64,000 nt of DNA from Chiloscyllium plagiosum (GCF_004010195.1 NC_057753.1:3096648-3160647), one strand, 5' to 3'. Counted from the first letter of the stretch, positions 1 to 11,914 are shown. Notes: generated by a model not told the origin, from the letters alone. Program-made: numbers and translations.

Positions 1-720
1 GTTTCCAAGGATTTCAGCAAGGCTTTGGACAAGGTCCCTCATGGAAGTTTAGGATGATTGGGATCCACGGTGACTTGGCTACATGGATTCAGAATTGGCT
101 TGCCCATACAGGGCAAAGGGTAGCGATGGAAGGGTGCTTTTTCAGGCTGAAGGTCCCTGACTAGTGTTGTTCTACAGGGATCGGTACTGGAACTTCTACC
201 ATTTGTGATATACATAAATGACTGAGATGAAAACATAGGTCAATGGGTTAGTAAGTTTGCAGGTCAGGCAGCATCCGAGGAGCAGGAAAACTGACGTCTC
301 GGGAATCTCCTGCCTGAAACGTCGATTTTCCTGCTCCTCGGATGCTACCTGACCTGCTGTGCTTTTCCAGCACCACTCTGATCTCCAGCATCTGCAGTCC
401 TCACTTTCGCCTAGTAAGTTTGCAGTCAACGCACAGATTGGTGGAGCTGTGGATAGTGTAGAAGGTTATCAGAATATAGATCGGTTGCGGATATCAGCCG
501 AGAAATGGCAGATGGAGATCAATGCGGATAAGTGTGAGATGCTGCACTTTGGAAGATGAAACGTTAAGGGAAAGTGACAGTTAATGGCAGGACCCTTAAC
601 AGCATTGATGTACGGAAGGATCTTCGGGTTCAAGTCGATAGCTCTCTGAAATTGGAAACACAGGTAGGTAAGGTGGTGAAAGAAGGCCTTTACTGGTTGA
701 CGAATTGAGTACAAAAATTA
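1..720 (+). mobile_element. CR1-clade LINE reverse transcriptase fragment (decayed)
   Basis: Broken frames give DFSKA.DKVPH, W..NWL, LQGSVL, SKFA.., W(Q)ME.NADKCE.LHFG; interrupted by the insertion at 263-411. Confidence 0.85.
263..411. mobile_element. Short palindromic Penelope-like terminus insertion (family B)
   Basis: Inverted arms gcaggtcaggcagcatccgaggagcaggaaaa / ttttcctgctcctcggatgctacctgacctgc; 14-bp TSD tagtaagtttgcag at 249-262 and 412-425; the hammerhead core is deleted at the centre. Confidence 0.8.
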
Positions 721-724
721 GTTG

Positions 725-1405
725 GATAGAGCTCTTAAGGATAAGTGGAACAAGGGTTATGGGGATAAGGCAGGGACAGGATACTGATTGAGGATGATCA
801 GCCATGATCATAATGAATGGTGGTGCTGGCTCGAAGGGCAGAATGGCCTACTCCTGCACCTATTGTCTATTGTTAGTTATCTTGATGCAGCTTTCGAAGA
901 CTTTGCTGAGAATACTGCATTCAGTCCTGGTCGCCACATTACAGGAAGGAGGTGGAGGGTTTGGAGAGGGCACAGAAGAGGTTAACCAGGATGCTGCCTG
1001 GATTAGAGAGCCTGAGAGGCTGGAAAAACTCAGGTTATTTTCTCTGGAGTGGCAGGGAATGAGAGGAGACTGGATAGGAGCCGAGGAAACGATGAGCTGC
1101 ATAGACAAGGTTGGCAGTCACAATCGTTTTCCCAGGATTGAAATGTCTCATGCTCAGGGGAATGCATTGAAGGTGAGAGAGGGACTGTGAAAAGGAGACG
1201 GGAGGGTCAGGTTTTTTACACAGAGTGGTAGGAGACTGGAAAGCAGTGTCAGTGTGGGGCTGGTTGAGGCACAGACAATAAGGGCATTTAAGGGACTTTG
1301 AGATAAGTGTATGAATGTGCAGGGAATGGAGGGATATAGTCCAAGGTTTGGTTTCATTTAGCATCATGTTTGGCACATTCCTGTGCTGTACTGCTCTATA
1401 TTCTA
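725..1405 (+). mobile_element. Two CR1-clade 3' fragments (725-872 and 880-1405)
   Basis: gatcagccatgatc...gaatggcctactcctgc tail; RLEKLRLFSLE..MRGD and FFTQRVV..W motifs; ctgtgctgtactgctctat tail. Confidence 0.75.
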
Positions 1406-1548
1406 ACTGTCCTACTCTCATCCAAACACTTGGTCACCTCCTCAACACACACTGTTAGGCATAACCTCCCTCTGACAACATTGTTAACTCTCCCTAATTA
1501 AATCTTGCCTCTCCAAATGGAAATTAATTTTCTTCTGCATTTTTTTTA

Positions 1549-1835
1549 AGATTCCCTACAGTGTAGAAACAGGCCCTTCGGCCCAACAAGTCCACACCGA
1601 TCCTCGGAAGAGTAACCCACCCAGACCCATTCCTCTACCCTATATTTACCCCTGTGGGCAATTTAGCGTGGCCAATTCACCCTAACCTGCACATCTTTGA
1701 GTTGGGGGAGGAAACCCATACAGACGTGGGGAGAATGTGCAAACTCCACACAGACAGTCGCCCTGAGGCTGGAATCGAACCTGGGACCCTGGCGTTGTGA
1801 GGCAGCAGTGCTAACCACTGAGCCACCGTGCCACC
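1549..1835 (-). mobile_element. HE1-type tRNA-derived V-SINE
   Basis: Minus strand reads a tRNA-like head (gtggctcagtggttagcactgctgcctcaca; B box ggttcgattcc), V domain (gtgtggagtttgcacattctcccc) and LINE-derived tail (ttgggccgaagggcctgtttc). Confidence 0.9.
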
Positions 1836-1949
1836 CTACTCTTCACTCAACCATCCTACCAATCTTACCATCATCAGCAAATGTACTTATCATCTCTCCC
1901 AATTCTCATCCACAGAGTTGTGGAGTTATTTAGAATTTTTTTTTCTTAG

Positions 1950-2250
1950 AATTACAGAACACCTACAGGCCCTTCAGCCCAACACGTCCACACCGACCCT
2001 CCGAAGAGTAACTCACCCAGACCCGTTCCACTACCCTATATTTACCCCTATGGGCAATTTAGCACGGCCAGTTCACACTAGCCTGCACATCTTTGGGTTG
2101 TGGGAGGAAACCGGAGCACCCGGAGGAAACCCATACAGACACGGGGAGAATGTGCAAACTCCACACAGATAGTTCCCCGAGGCTGGAATTGAACCCGGGT
2201 CCCTGGCGTTGTGAGGCAGCAGTGCTAACCACTGAGCCACCATGCCACCC
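1950..2250 (-). mobile_element. HE1-type SINE
   Basis: Same head / V domain / tail structure. Confidence 0.9.
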
Positions 2251-2777
2251 CCTATTTTTCTCCACTACGTTACTTACCACCGATGTTAGACTCATTGGTC
2301 TATAGTTCCTGGTCTGTCTCTATCACCCTCCTTATTAAGTGGAACCGCATTAGCTATCCTCCAGTCCTGTGGCCAGAAATGACTTAAAACTTTGGGTCAG
2401 GGCGCCTGTAATTTCTTCCCTCATCTCCCACGACAGCACGGCAGACAGTTCTTCCGCCTAGGCTATTTGTCCACTTTTAAATCAGTCAAAAACAACCTCA
2501 TTTCTTAGGAACTGCTTTTGTGTGTTGTGTTCTTCTACAACTGGAGGAGATCTCGGGATAAAAATTGTCTCAGCCGCTGCCGATAATATCCTGCTTTAGT
2601 TAGGAAGGTTCTCTTTGCTTTCAATGGAAATCTCTTGTTGGTTTTGATTTCTTAGTTTCATTACCCCATCGGTTTGAGGGAGTAAAAAAGGAAATGAATT
2701 CCAGAGAAACTGGAGTTGTCTGTTCTGAATTTCTAAGCTGGATTCACAGTTTTAGTAAACATCAACTCTTTACACAG

Positions 2778-3560
2778 GGAATGATTTGCAGACAGGAAAC
2801 TCAAACCAAGCATCACATCGAGATCTGGAGTCACTCGACCGATCAGAGCCGAAATAAGAGGGGCCTTTGACTGTGGAAGGAGAAATGTTCTGTGACAGAA
2901 AGTGTTTTTTTAAAAGTAAGTGTGACTGAAAGATCACTGCAACACGCTTTGGAGTGAGAGTGTTCCTGTGTACGGACAATGGAAAGAGCTTTAAACAGTT
3001 CCACAGAGTGGGGAGAAAGCGGCGCACCGCCAGCAGGGAGAAACCATATGTGTGTAGACGAGGTTTCAAATGATAATCCAATCTGGAGAGAGAGGGCAGC
3101 ACAAGGACAGCTGCATCATGGAGAAACCAGGGAAATGTGTAAACTGGGAGAAAGGATTCAATTCCGATCTGAGTTTGAAATCCCTTGGTGCGATCACATT
3201 GGGGGGAGAGTGCTCCCAAGTATGGGAAAGAATTCACGTGGTCATGGCCGAACGATGGACCAACTTACTGACTCTTGACTCAAGACCCTTTAAATGTGCT
3301 GACTTTCTGAGATGAGCTTTCAAAGTCCGAGGAATCTGTTGATCCACGCAGCGGATGGGGAGAAACTATTCACCTGCTTCGTGTGTCGGAAGCAGTTCAT
3401 TCTCAGTGAGTTTGTGCTGAGGCAAAACCTTTTAAATGTTCTGGGGGGACTTTTAAAAGCAGCGATGATCTGCTGAGACACGAACAGCAGGGACTGGGTT
3501 CTGCTGAAGTTGCTGCTGTTAATCACATCCAGAACCTGACCATCCTCATTCTAAGAGAAC
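2778..3560 (+). pseudogene. C2H2 zinc-finger pseudogene (coding exon)
   Basis: Acceptor tttacacAG at 2776-2777; pre-finger block DLQTGNSNQASHRDLES; MEKPGKC at 3118; eroded fingers (RPFKCADF, GEKLFTCFVC) with stops and frameshifts; family 3' motif gctgttaatcacatccag. Confidence 0.8.
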
Positions 3561-3744
3561 TTGCCTCTGTTGATGTAAATAGTCACTCTGACGAGGTTGA
3601 AGTGTAATATTCTGGATGTAGATTAAATAAATCAGCTTTGTGTCAAATGCACAGTTGTCAAGTCCTTGCGGGGAGGCTGATGTCCTGTTACTGATTGATT
3701 CATGTTTTAGCTCCTTTCTCCTCTTGATGTAAGACTTTTTATAG

Positions 3745-4070
3745 AGTCGTAGAATCCCTATATTGTGGAAACAGGCCTTCATCCCAACAAGTCCACACTG
3801 ACCCCCAGACCCATTCGCCTACCTTATTACTCTGCATTTACCCCTGACTAATGCACCTAACCTACACATTCCTGAACACTCTGGGCAATTTAGCCTGGCC
3901 AATCCACCCTAACCTGCACATCTTTGGACTGTGGGATGGAACCAGAGCACCCAGAGGGAACCCACGCAGACCCGAGGGGGAGAATATGCAAACTCCCCAC
4001 AGTTGCCCAAGGCTGGAATTGAACACAGGTCACTCGCACTGAGAGGCAGCAGTGTAAGCCACCTTCCACC
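3745..4070 (-). mobile_element. HE1-type SINE
   Basis: V domain and tail on the minus strand; degenerate head. Confidence 0.85.
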
Positions 4071-4158
4071 ACTTCAGACTGTAACCTCTGATGTAACGTA
4101 GGAAAATGCTACAGTAAACATGCACAGGAAGATCCCATACTTAGAAATGTGATTATAG

Positions 4159-4445
4159 GGGTGGCAGAGTGGTTAGCACCATTGCCTCACAGCGCCAGGG
4201 ACCCGGTTCGATTTCAGCCTCGGGTGACTGTGCAAACTCCACACATACAGACATTCTCCCCCCCACATCTACCTGGGTTACCTCCGAGAGCTCTTGTTTA
4301 CCATGCTAAATTACCCATAGCGTACAGTAGATCTGTTAGCCACAAGGTTACAGGGATAGGTTAGAGGACTGGGTCTGGGTGGGATGCTGTTTGGAGGGTC
4401 GGTGTGGGCTTGTTGGGCCGAAGGGCCTAAATGGATTCTCTAATC
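4159..4445 (+). mobile_element. HE1-type SINE with internal micro-inversion
   Basis: Head gtggcagagtggttagcac; tail ttgggccgaagggcct; V-domain segment 4230-4252 is inverted. Confidence 0.8.
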
Positions 4446-4710
4446 AGAATCGCTACATTGTGGAAAGAGGTCACTTGGCCCATCAAGTCTGCAACAACTC
4501 TCTGAAGAGTATCCCACCCAGATGCAGCGTTTTCTACCCCTCCTCCCCCCACATCCCCAACCCTCACACTTACTATGGCCAATCTACCTAAAGTGCACAT
4601 CTTTGGGCTGAGAGAGGAAACCAGAGCACCCAGAGGGGACCCAAGCAGACACTGGGAGAATGTGCAAACTCCTCATAGACAGTCACCCAAAGCTGCAATC
4701 CAATCTGGGG
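4446..4710 (-). mobile_element. HE1-type SINE (head truncated)
   Basis: Tail and V domain on the minus strand. Confidence 0.75.
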
Positions 4711-4821
4711 CTGTTAATCTGCCAGGAGAAAGTGAGGTCTGCAGATGCTGGAGATCAGAGCTGAAAATGTTTTGCTGGAAAAGCGCAGCAGGTCAGGCAG
4801 CATACAGGGAACAGGAGAATC

Positions 4822-4849
4822 GACGTTTCGGGCATAAGCCCGTCTTCAG
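4822..4849 (-). ncRNA. Minimal type-I hammerhead ribozyme motif (family B)
   Basis: Reverse complement reads CTGAAGA-C-GGGC ttat GCCC-GAAA-CG-TC. Confidence 0.78.
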
Positions 4850-4857
4850 GAAGAAGC

Positions 4858-4885
4858 CTGAAGAAGGGCTTATGCCCGAAACGTC
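4858..4885 (+). ncRNA. Minimal type-I hammerhead ribozyme motif (family B)
   Basis: CTGAAGA-A-GGGC ttat GCCC-GAAA-CG-TC: intact core, 4-bp stem II, palindromic ACGT stem III, GUC cleavage triplet. Confidence 0.8.
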
Positions 4886-5114
4886 GATTCTCCTGTTCCC
4901 TGGATGCTGCCTGACCTGCTGCGCTTTTCCAGCAACACATTTTCAGCTGTTAATCTGCCGCCCAGTCCATTGGTTCATTGATGGTTCTTGAGGGATGAGT
5001 ATAGAACAGTTCACCAGCAAAACCCGCCGACCCTTCACAATAACCTCATGAGAACTTGCCCATCCATCTTCAAGGGCCCACCTGTAGCTTTAGTTGGAGA
5101 TTTCATCTGACAGT

Positions 5115-6133
5115 TTTTTTTTATTCATTTGTGGGAGTTGGGCATCATTGACTGGCCAGCATTGACAAGGTGGTGGTGAGCTGCCTTCTTAAACGGCTGC
5201 AGTCCACTTGCTGTGGGTTAACCCACAATGCCGGTAGGGAGGGAATTCCAGGATTTTGACCCAATGACTGTGAAGGAACAGCAGTATATTTCCAAGTCAA
5301 GATGGTGAGTGGCTTGGGAGGGGAACTTGCAGGTGGTGGTGTTCCCAAGTAACTGCTGCCCTTGCCCTTCTCGATGGAAGTGGTCGTGGGTTTGGAAGCG
5401 GCTGTTTAAGGATCTTAAGTGAATTTCAGCAGTGCATCTTGTAGATAGTACACACTGCTGCTACTGAGCCCCGGTGGTGAAGAGATTGACTGTTTGTAGA
5501 TGTGGTGCCAATCAAGCGGGTTGCTTTGTCCTGGATGGTGTCAAGCTTCTTGAGTGTTACTGGGGCTGCCCCATCCAGGGCAAGTGGGGAGTGTTCCATC
5601 CCACTCCTGACTTGTGCCTTGTAGATGGTGTTTAGACTTTGGGGTGTCAGGAGATGAGTTACTCGCCACAGTATCCCTAGTCTCTGACCTGCCACGGCGT
5701 TTATGTGGTGAGTCCAGATGAGTTTCTGGTCAATGGTAACCCAAACGATGCTGACAGTGGGGGGTTCAGTGATGGTAATACCGTTGAATGTCATGGGGCA
5801 GTGGTTAGAGCGTCTCTTATTGGTGATGGTCATTGTCTGGCATTTGTGTGGTGTGAATGTTACTTGCCACTTGTCTGCCCAAGCCTGGATATTGTCCAGA
5901 TCTTGTTGCATTTGAGCACAGACTGCTTCAATATCTGAGGGGTCGGGAGTGGTGCTGAACACTGTGCAACCATAGGCGAAAATGGTTCTGACCTTATGAT
6001 GGAGGGAAGGTCATTGATGAAGCAGCTGAAGACTGTTGGGCCTGGGACACTACCCTGTGGGACTGCTGCAGGGATGTCCTGGAGCTGAGATGACTGACCC
6101 TTCACAACCACAGCCATCTTCCTTTGCGCCAGG
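5115..6133 (-). mobile_element. L2/CR1-clade LINE 3' part (RT C-terminus plus tail)
   Basis: PQGSVPGPTVFSCFINDLP, QQDLDNIQAWADKWQVTFTPHKC, IYKAQVRS; A-rich tail near 5115. Confidence 0.85.
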
Positions 6134-6668
6134 AAGATGGAACATCTGACAGTGCATTGCCCCCTCAGTAGTGCAATGGAATATCAACCTGGATTTTCTG
6201 CTCACGTTTCTGGATATGAATGTCAACCCTTGTCACTCAAAGATGGGAATGCAACCATTAAACTGTGACTGACACGCTGGATTATTTCAGTTCACAGACG
6301 TTCGGTCACTCTCGTGCACTAGTGTTAGATTTGGGTCTGGGATTAGCCAGAGGTGATCTAAAAACATTTTATTAAGAAGCAAGAATTTCAAGATGATACA
6401 GAAGAGGCAGAAAACACAGATGAGGGTAACAGGCGAGAACTGTTTACTGATCCCAGACTGGACAAACGGAAAACATGTTGTTTCTCCGTCTTCCTGGGCT
6501 GGCTGGAACATTAGGCTGAAGCCAGCCCAGATTAATCTGAAAACCTGCTTCACACATGAAGCATGGGATTCTCCCTTCCCCTTCACTGTCACTCTCCATG
6601 TTTCATGTTCTTTTTATATACGTGGTAACAGGCCTCAATTGCCAACTCCAGACGCTCTCTGCATAAGA

Positions 6669-7333
6669 GGGAGCACTATTCCTATAATGTTCTACAAAGA
6701 TAAGATTTTATTGAAGGTATTTTAGATTAGATTCCCTACAGTGTGGAAACAAGCCCTTCAGCCCAACACGTCCACACCGACCCTCCGAAAAGCAACCCAC
6801 CCAGACCCATTCCCCTGCGTTTACCCCTGACTAATCCACCTAACATTACGAGCAATTTAGCATGGCTAATTCACCTAACCTGCACATCTTTGGACTGTGG
6901 GAGGAAACCGGAGCACCCAGAGGAAACACACACAGACCCAGGGGAGAATGTGCAAACTTCACACAGACAGTTGCCCGAGGTGGGAATTGAACCCGGGTCC
7001 CTGGCGCTGTGAGGCAGCAGTGCTAGCCACTGTGCCGCCTCCAATTAAATAGTGATTCTTGCAGCTCTCCCAACATTGGGATGGGAATGTTATTATTAAT
7101 ATATGCATGGAACCCGTGAATCCCTACAGTGCAGTAAGAGGCCATTTAGCCCATCCAGTCTGCACAGCATCCTATTGCCCCAACCCTGCATTTATTCAGA
7201 AGTGGGAGCACTGTTCCTATAATGTTCAACAAAATTAAGATTTTAATGAAGGTAATAAATAGTGATTCTTGCAGCTCTCCCAACTTTGGGATGGGAATGT
7301 TATTGTTGATGTATACATGGAACCATTGAGTCC
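6669..7333 (+). repeat. Local direct duplication of a ~130-bp unit
   Basis: 6669-6720 plus 7043-7125 matches 7204-7333 (gggagcact(a/g)ttcctataatgttc...aaatagtgattcttgcagctctcccaac...catggaacc). Confidence 0.85.
6722..7040 (-). mobile_element. HE1-type SINE
   Basis: Full head / V / tail; inserted in copy 1 of a local duplication. Confidence 0.9.
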
Positions 7334-7344
7334 ATATGTGCTAC

Positions 7345-7703
7345 ATGCTAAATTGCCCATAGTGTTAGGTGCATTAGTCAGAGGGAAATGCGTCTGGGTG
7401 GGTTACTCTTCGGAGGGTCGGTGTTGACCTGTTTCAGTACTGCAGGCAATCATTTGACATGGCTAATCTGCCAAGCCTGCATATCCCTGGACATGATGGG
7501 GCAATTTGCCATGACCAATCCACCTAGCCTGCACATATTTGAACTGTGGGAGGAAACTAGAGTACCCAGCAGAAACCCACGCAGACGATCTCTTCAGAGT
7601 AAATGTGCAAACTCCACACAGACAATCACCTAAGCTTGGAATTGGACCTGAGTGCCTGGCACTGTAAGGCAACAGTGCTCACCACTGCACCACCACGCTG
7701 CCC
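7345..7703. mobile_element. HE1-type SINE pieces (plus-strand tail 7345-7440; minus copy 7495-7703)
   Basis: V-domain and tail motifs. Confidence 0.75.
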
Positions 7704-8685
7704 AATCAATATATTCCACTGAACTAGACTCAGGGAGTTGCTTCAATTCCCAAATGCTTTTGTGATTTTTCTGTCTTTTTTATTCTAAGTGGGGCATCCT
7801 ATTGATCCTGTTCAATCAAGAGCCCTGGAGGAATATTGCTGAGTGATTCAATACTCTCGTTATCTGGTGGGATTATCTGCTCTCCCCTTACGGGAGAGTC
7901 TCGCACAAAAGGGGTCTCAGAATAAGGGGTCACACATTCAAAGCAGAGAGAATGGAGGGATTCATTTTTTTTTTCAGAAGGTGTGAATCTGTGCAATTCT
8001 TTACTGAAGAGGGCTGCTGAGGCCACGATGTTAAGTATATTCAAGTCTGAGATAGATTTTTGATCAGGCAGGGAAGTGGAGGATTATCAGGATCAGCCTT
8101 GATCTCATTCAGACCCGACGGACTGAATGACTTATTTCTGCTCCTACATCTTCTACTGTGTGTAGATCAGCAGCAGAAGTACTTGCAGTCAGTTTGAAAT
8201 TAACTCCAGTATTTCCTCTTCTTGAACATCTAGTCTTGAAAGATAGGGAATGGGACAAAGCCAGATTTCTAAAAGGGCAAAGTCTTTTGTTTCAATCGTC
8301 ACTGTGCTGCCTGCGGAAAGGGTTCATTTTTTGACCAGTTTTCAAAAAGGCAGTGAAAGGTTTCGCAAATGTTCACAAATTTCCAGGTCAAAACTCCAAA
8401 TGCCAGTTTCGCGGCTGCTTGCTTTTGGCATTTTCTCAGCTTTGCCCAAGGTTAGTCAGTTATTTTGTTCTTTTTTTTTCCCCAAAGTTCTCTAATAGGA
8501 CTGTTGGAAGCTAAGACTCCACAAAGATTTGCTTTTATTGGTAAGCTTTAAACTTCTCAAATCAGAAAGAGTTAAAGAGAATGGGGGTTTCCCACAGCTG
8601 CTGAGCTCCAGATTATGACCTCCGTTCTATAATTACCTTCAGGGAATCACACCCTGTGCTGCTTTTACAAACAAGTTGTCACACA

Positions 8686-8968
8686 TGGTGGATCAGTGGT
8701 TAACACTGCTGTCTCACAGCACCAGGGTCCCAGGTTTGATTCTAGCCTTGGGCGACTGCGTGGAGTTTGCATGTTCGCCCCGTGTCTGTATGGGTTTCCT
8801 CCCACAACCCAAAGATGTGCAGACCAGGTGAATTGGCCATGCTAAATTGCCTATAGTGTTAGGTGCACCAGTCAGAGGGAAATGGGTCTGGGTGGGTTAC
8901 TCTTCGGAGGGTCTGTGTGGACTGGTTGGACCGAAGGGCCTGTTTCCACACTGTTGGGGAATCTAATC
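8686..8968 (+). mobile_element. HE1-type SINE
   Basis: Head, V domain, tail ending gggaatctaatc. Confidence 0.9.
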
Positions 8969-9185
8969 ATCATTAAAATTTACTCCTCCTCAGTATTTTC
9001 TCTCTTCTCAGTACAAAAGCTGGCACAATTTTAGATTAGATAACAATTGGGCACTTCCCTTGCAGCTGGCATATGGAGACAATCGTGCCCATTGTCAATC
9101 TATCATCACAGAAACTGCACAGGAGATAAACAGTTTCAAACCTGTTTAATAAATGCGATGATTTTAGCATCAGGCTAGTCCTCTG

Positions 9186-9494
9186 CGGCATGGTGGCTCA
9201 GTGATTAGCACTGCTGCCTCACAGCAGCAGGGTCCCAGGTTCGATTCCAGCCTCGGACGACTGTCTGTGTGGAGTTTGCACATTCTCCCCCTTGTCGGCG
9301 TGAGTTTCCTCCGGGTGCTCCGGTTTCCTCCTACAATCCAAAGATGTACAGGTCAGGTGAATTGGCTGTGCTAAATTGCCAATTTAGCCACATTAGTCAG
9401 AGGGAAAAGGGTCTGGGGGGTTGCTCTTCAGATGATCGGTGTGGACTGGTTGGGCCGAAGAGCCTGTTTCCACACTGTAAGGAATCTAATCTAA
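9186..9494 (+). mobile_element. HE1-type SINE
   Basis: Head, V domain, tail ending gaatctaatctaa. Confidence 0.9.
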
Positions 9495-9946
9495 ACCACA
9501 CTGCCCAGCAAAGGAGGTGGTGAAAATGTGACGGTCGATCGGAGTTTCTGTGCTTGAGCAGGTTGGTTGGAATGCCAGCTTTGGGCATTCCGATGTCTTT
9601 CCGCTTGCTCGGGAATCAATGGCCTTTTCGAGTGGTAAGTGATGAGGGTTGCTTATCTGACACAACAGTGACAGGAAGCTGCAGAACAGCATCAGACAGA
9701 GACTGCGAGGTGTCTGACTCAGGAGCACTGTTCACTCGCTGCTTACTGCTGTCAATGAGGACTTCACCATCTGCTGATATCAGGGAGGCAGTTTTGATGA
9801 CGGTCAGACCGAGCAGCCTCTCAATCCCATCACAGCATGTAGACTTCCGTGGCCACATTGAATTACTTGACGTCAACGGGTCCAGTGTTATTTGCACAGT
9901 ACCTCCCGGTCCACAGCATCATTCTCTTGGCTCCTTGCAAGTCAGC

Positions 9947-10140
9947 ACTGGAAAAGCACAGCAGGTCAGGCAGCATCTGAGGAGCAGGAGAGTCGAGGTT
10001 TTGGGCATTAGCCCTTCAGGATGAAGGGCTTATGCCTGAAATGTCTACTCTCCTGCTGCTCAGACACTGCCTGACCTACTGTGTTTTCCAGCACCACACT
10101 TATGGACTCTGATCTCCAGCATCTGCAGTTCTCACTTTTT
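9947..10140. mobile_element. Palindromic Penelope-like terminus element (family B, decayed hammerheads)
   Basis: Arms ctggaaaagcacagcaggtcaggcagc / ctgcctgacctactgtgttttccag centred near 10020 on tgaagggcttatgcctgaaatgtc. Confidence 0.8.
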
Positions 10141-10761
10141 CTCTCTCTCTCTGCTTTCAACTGAGGCAGTCTTCTGTCAGTTGTACTAATGCTGTGCATC
10201 AGGTCGGTTTTGAAACAAACCATCCCGATTTGGAAATATATCGCTGTTCCTTCACCGCACAGGCAGAAAATCCTGAAATTCCTTTCCGTACCTCAGTGTG
10301 GGTGTCCCTCCACCTCAAGGACTGCAGCAATTCACGGACACAGCCCATCACCACCTTCTCCCAGACAATTAGGGATGCACAATGAATGCTGGTCTAGCCA
10401 GCAAAGCCCAAATCTCTTCGACTGACTTGTAAAAATTGCACCGAAAATCAATTTCAGATTGAAATATAAATTCATAATTTTATTGCAGGGGTTTGTGTTG
10501 AAGCATTTTTAAAAATGTTTGTCTTTCATGGATTGGGATATCGCTGTCAGGTCTGATACATGTTGTTCATTCCTCAGTGAATGCTTGACCAATTCAAAGG
10601 TAAATAAGACTCAAACACCTTGCTGTGGATCCAGAGTCACGTGCAGACCAGACTATGAAAAGACTGCAAATTTCCTTCTATAAACTGCATTAATGAACCA
10701 GATGGGTTGAAATTCGGGCAGCACTGCTGCCTCACACTGCCAAGGATCCAGGATCAATTCC

Positions 10762-11374
10762 TATTGGTCAGAGTATTGAGTACAGGAGTTGGGAGGTTAT
10801 GTTGCACATATATAGGACATTGGTTAGGCCACTGTTGGAATATTGTGTGCATTTCTGGTCTCCTGCCTATCGGAAAGATGTTGTGAAACTTGAAAGGGTT
10901 CAGAAACTATTTACAAGAAAGTTGCCAGGGTTGGAGGATTTGAGCCAAAGGGAGAGGCTGAACAGGATGGGGCTGTTTTCCCTGGAGCATTGGAGGCTGA
11001 GAGGTGACCTTATGGAGGTTTACAAAATTATGAGGGCATGGATAGGGTAAATAGGCAAAGTATTTTCCCTGGGGTCGGCGAGTCCAGAACTAGAGGGCAT
11101 AGGTTTAAGGTGAGAGAGGAAAAATATAAAAGAAACCTACGGGACAACTTTTTCATGCAGAGGGTGGTGTGTGTATGGAATGAGCTGCCAGAAAAAATGG
11201 TGGAGGCTGGTACAGTTGCAACATTTAAGAGGCATTTGGATGGGTATATGAATAGGAAGGGTTTGGAGGGATATGGGCCGGGTGCTGGCAGGTGGGACTA
11301 GATTGGGTTGGGATATCTGGTCGGCGTAGATGGGTTGGACCGAAGGCTCTGTTTCCATGCTGTACATCTCTATG
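10762..11374 (+). mobile_element. CR1/HER1-type LINE 3' end
   Basis: YRTLVRPLLEYCVHFWSP, LFSLE..RLRGDL, RTRGHRFK, FFMQRVV; tail gctgtacatctctatgact. Confidence 0.9.
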
Positions 11375-11612
11375 ACTGACTTTGTGGAGTTTGCACATTC
11401 TCCTCCGTATCTGCATGGATTTCTTCCAGGTACTCCAGTTTCTTCCCACAGTCCAGAAATGTGCAGGTTGGGTAGATTGGCTATGAGAAATGCAGGGTTA
11501 AAGAGTGGGTTGGGGGGGGGGGGGGGGGTGGGAATCATGATGGGCTGCTTTTCAGAGGGTCGGTGTGGACTTGATGGGCCAAATGGCTTGCTTCCACTCA
11601 CTGGGAGGGATT
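11375..11612 (+). mobile_element. HE1-type SINE (5'-truncated)
   Basis: V domain and tail; the tail overlaps the start of the tandem duplication. Confidence 0.75.
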
Positions 11613-11879
11613 CAGTGAAATTAAGGGTGAGCATCACAGATACTTTTTCAAGCCAATTTGGAGTCTGGGCTGACACCAATTGTTAAAGGTTCACTTGAGA
11701 ATGTAAGTTTTTAAAAAGTTTCGCGATTTCCATATGAAAGAAGAGAAACTAACATGGTCATTCTAACAGATGAGAGACTTAACAAACAATCAAGGTATTT
11801 TTCAATGTATAATTTCAGTTCCATCACAGTGTAACCATTTGCTATAAATTCTGTATCTTACAATTGTATACTCCACAGC

Positions 11880-11914
11880 CACCTGATGAAGGAGCAGTGC
11901 TCCGAAAGCTAGTG
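11880..11914 (+). ncRNA. Minimal type-I hammerhead ribozyme motif (family A)
   Basis: cac-CTGATGA-A-GGAGC agt GCTCC-GAAA-GC-TA-gtg: stem I cac/gtg, 5-bp stem II, palindromic AGCT stem III; predicted cleavage after 11911. Confidence 0.82.

Larger units (their letters stand above)
4724..4945. mobile_element. Palindromic Penelope-like terminus element with two divergent hammerheads (family B)
   Basis: About 92-bp near-perfect arms (4759-4850 / 4857-4948) around a 6-bp aagaag spacer; 14-bp TSD gctgttaatctgcc at 4710-4723 and 4946-4959. Confidence 0.9.

Noticed and set aside
4724..4945. MITE / DNA transposon or pre-miRNA interpretation of the palindromes
   Set aside because: Asymmetric ends, variable inversion points, 10-18-bp TSDs and hammerhead cores point to Penelope-type retroposition
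7200..7330. Hydrophobic minus-strand peptide (…SLFITFIKILILLNIIGTVLPLL)
   Set aside because: The duplicate copy has a stop and mostly non-synonymous changes; AT-rich sequence explains the composition
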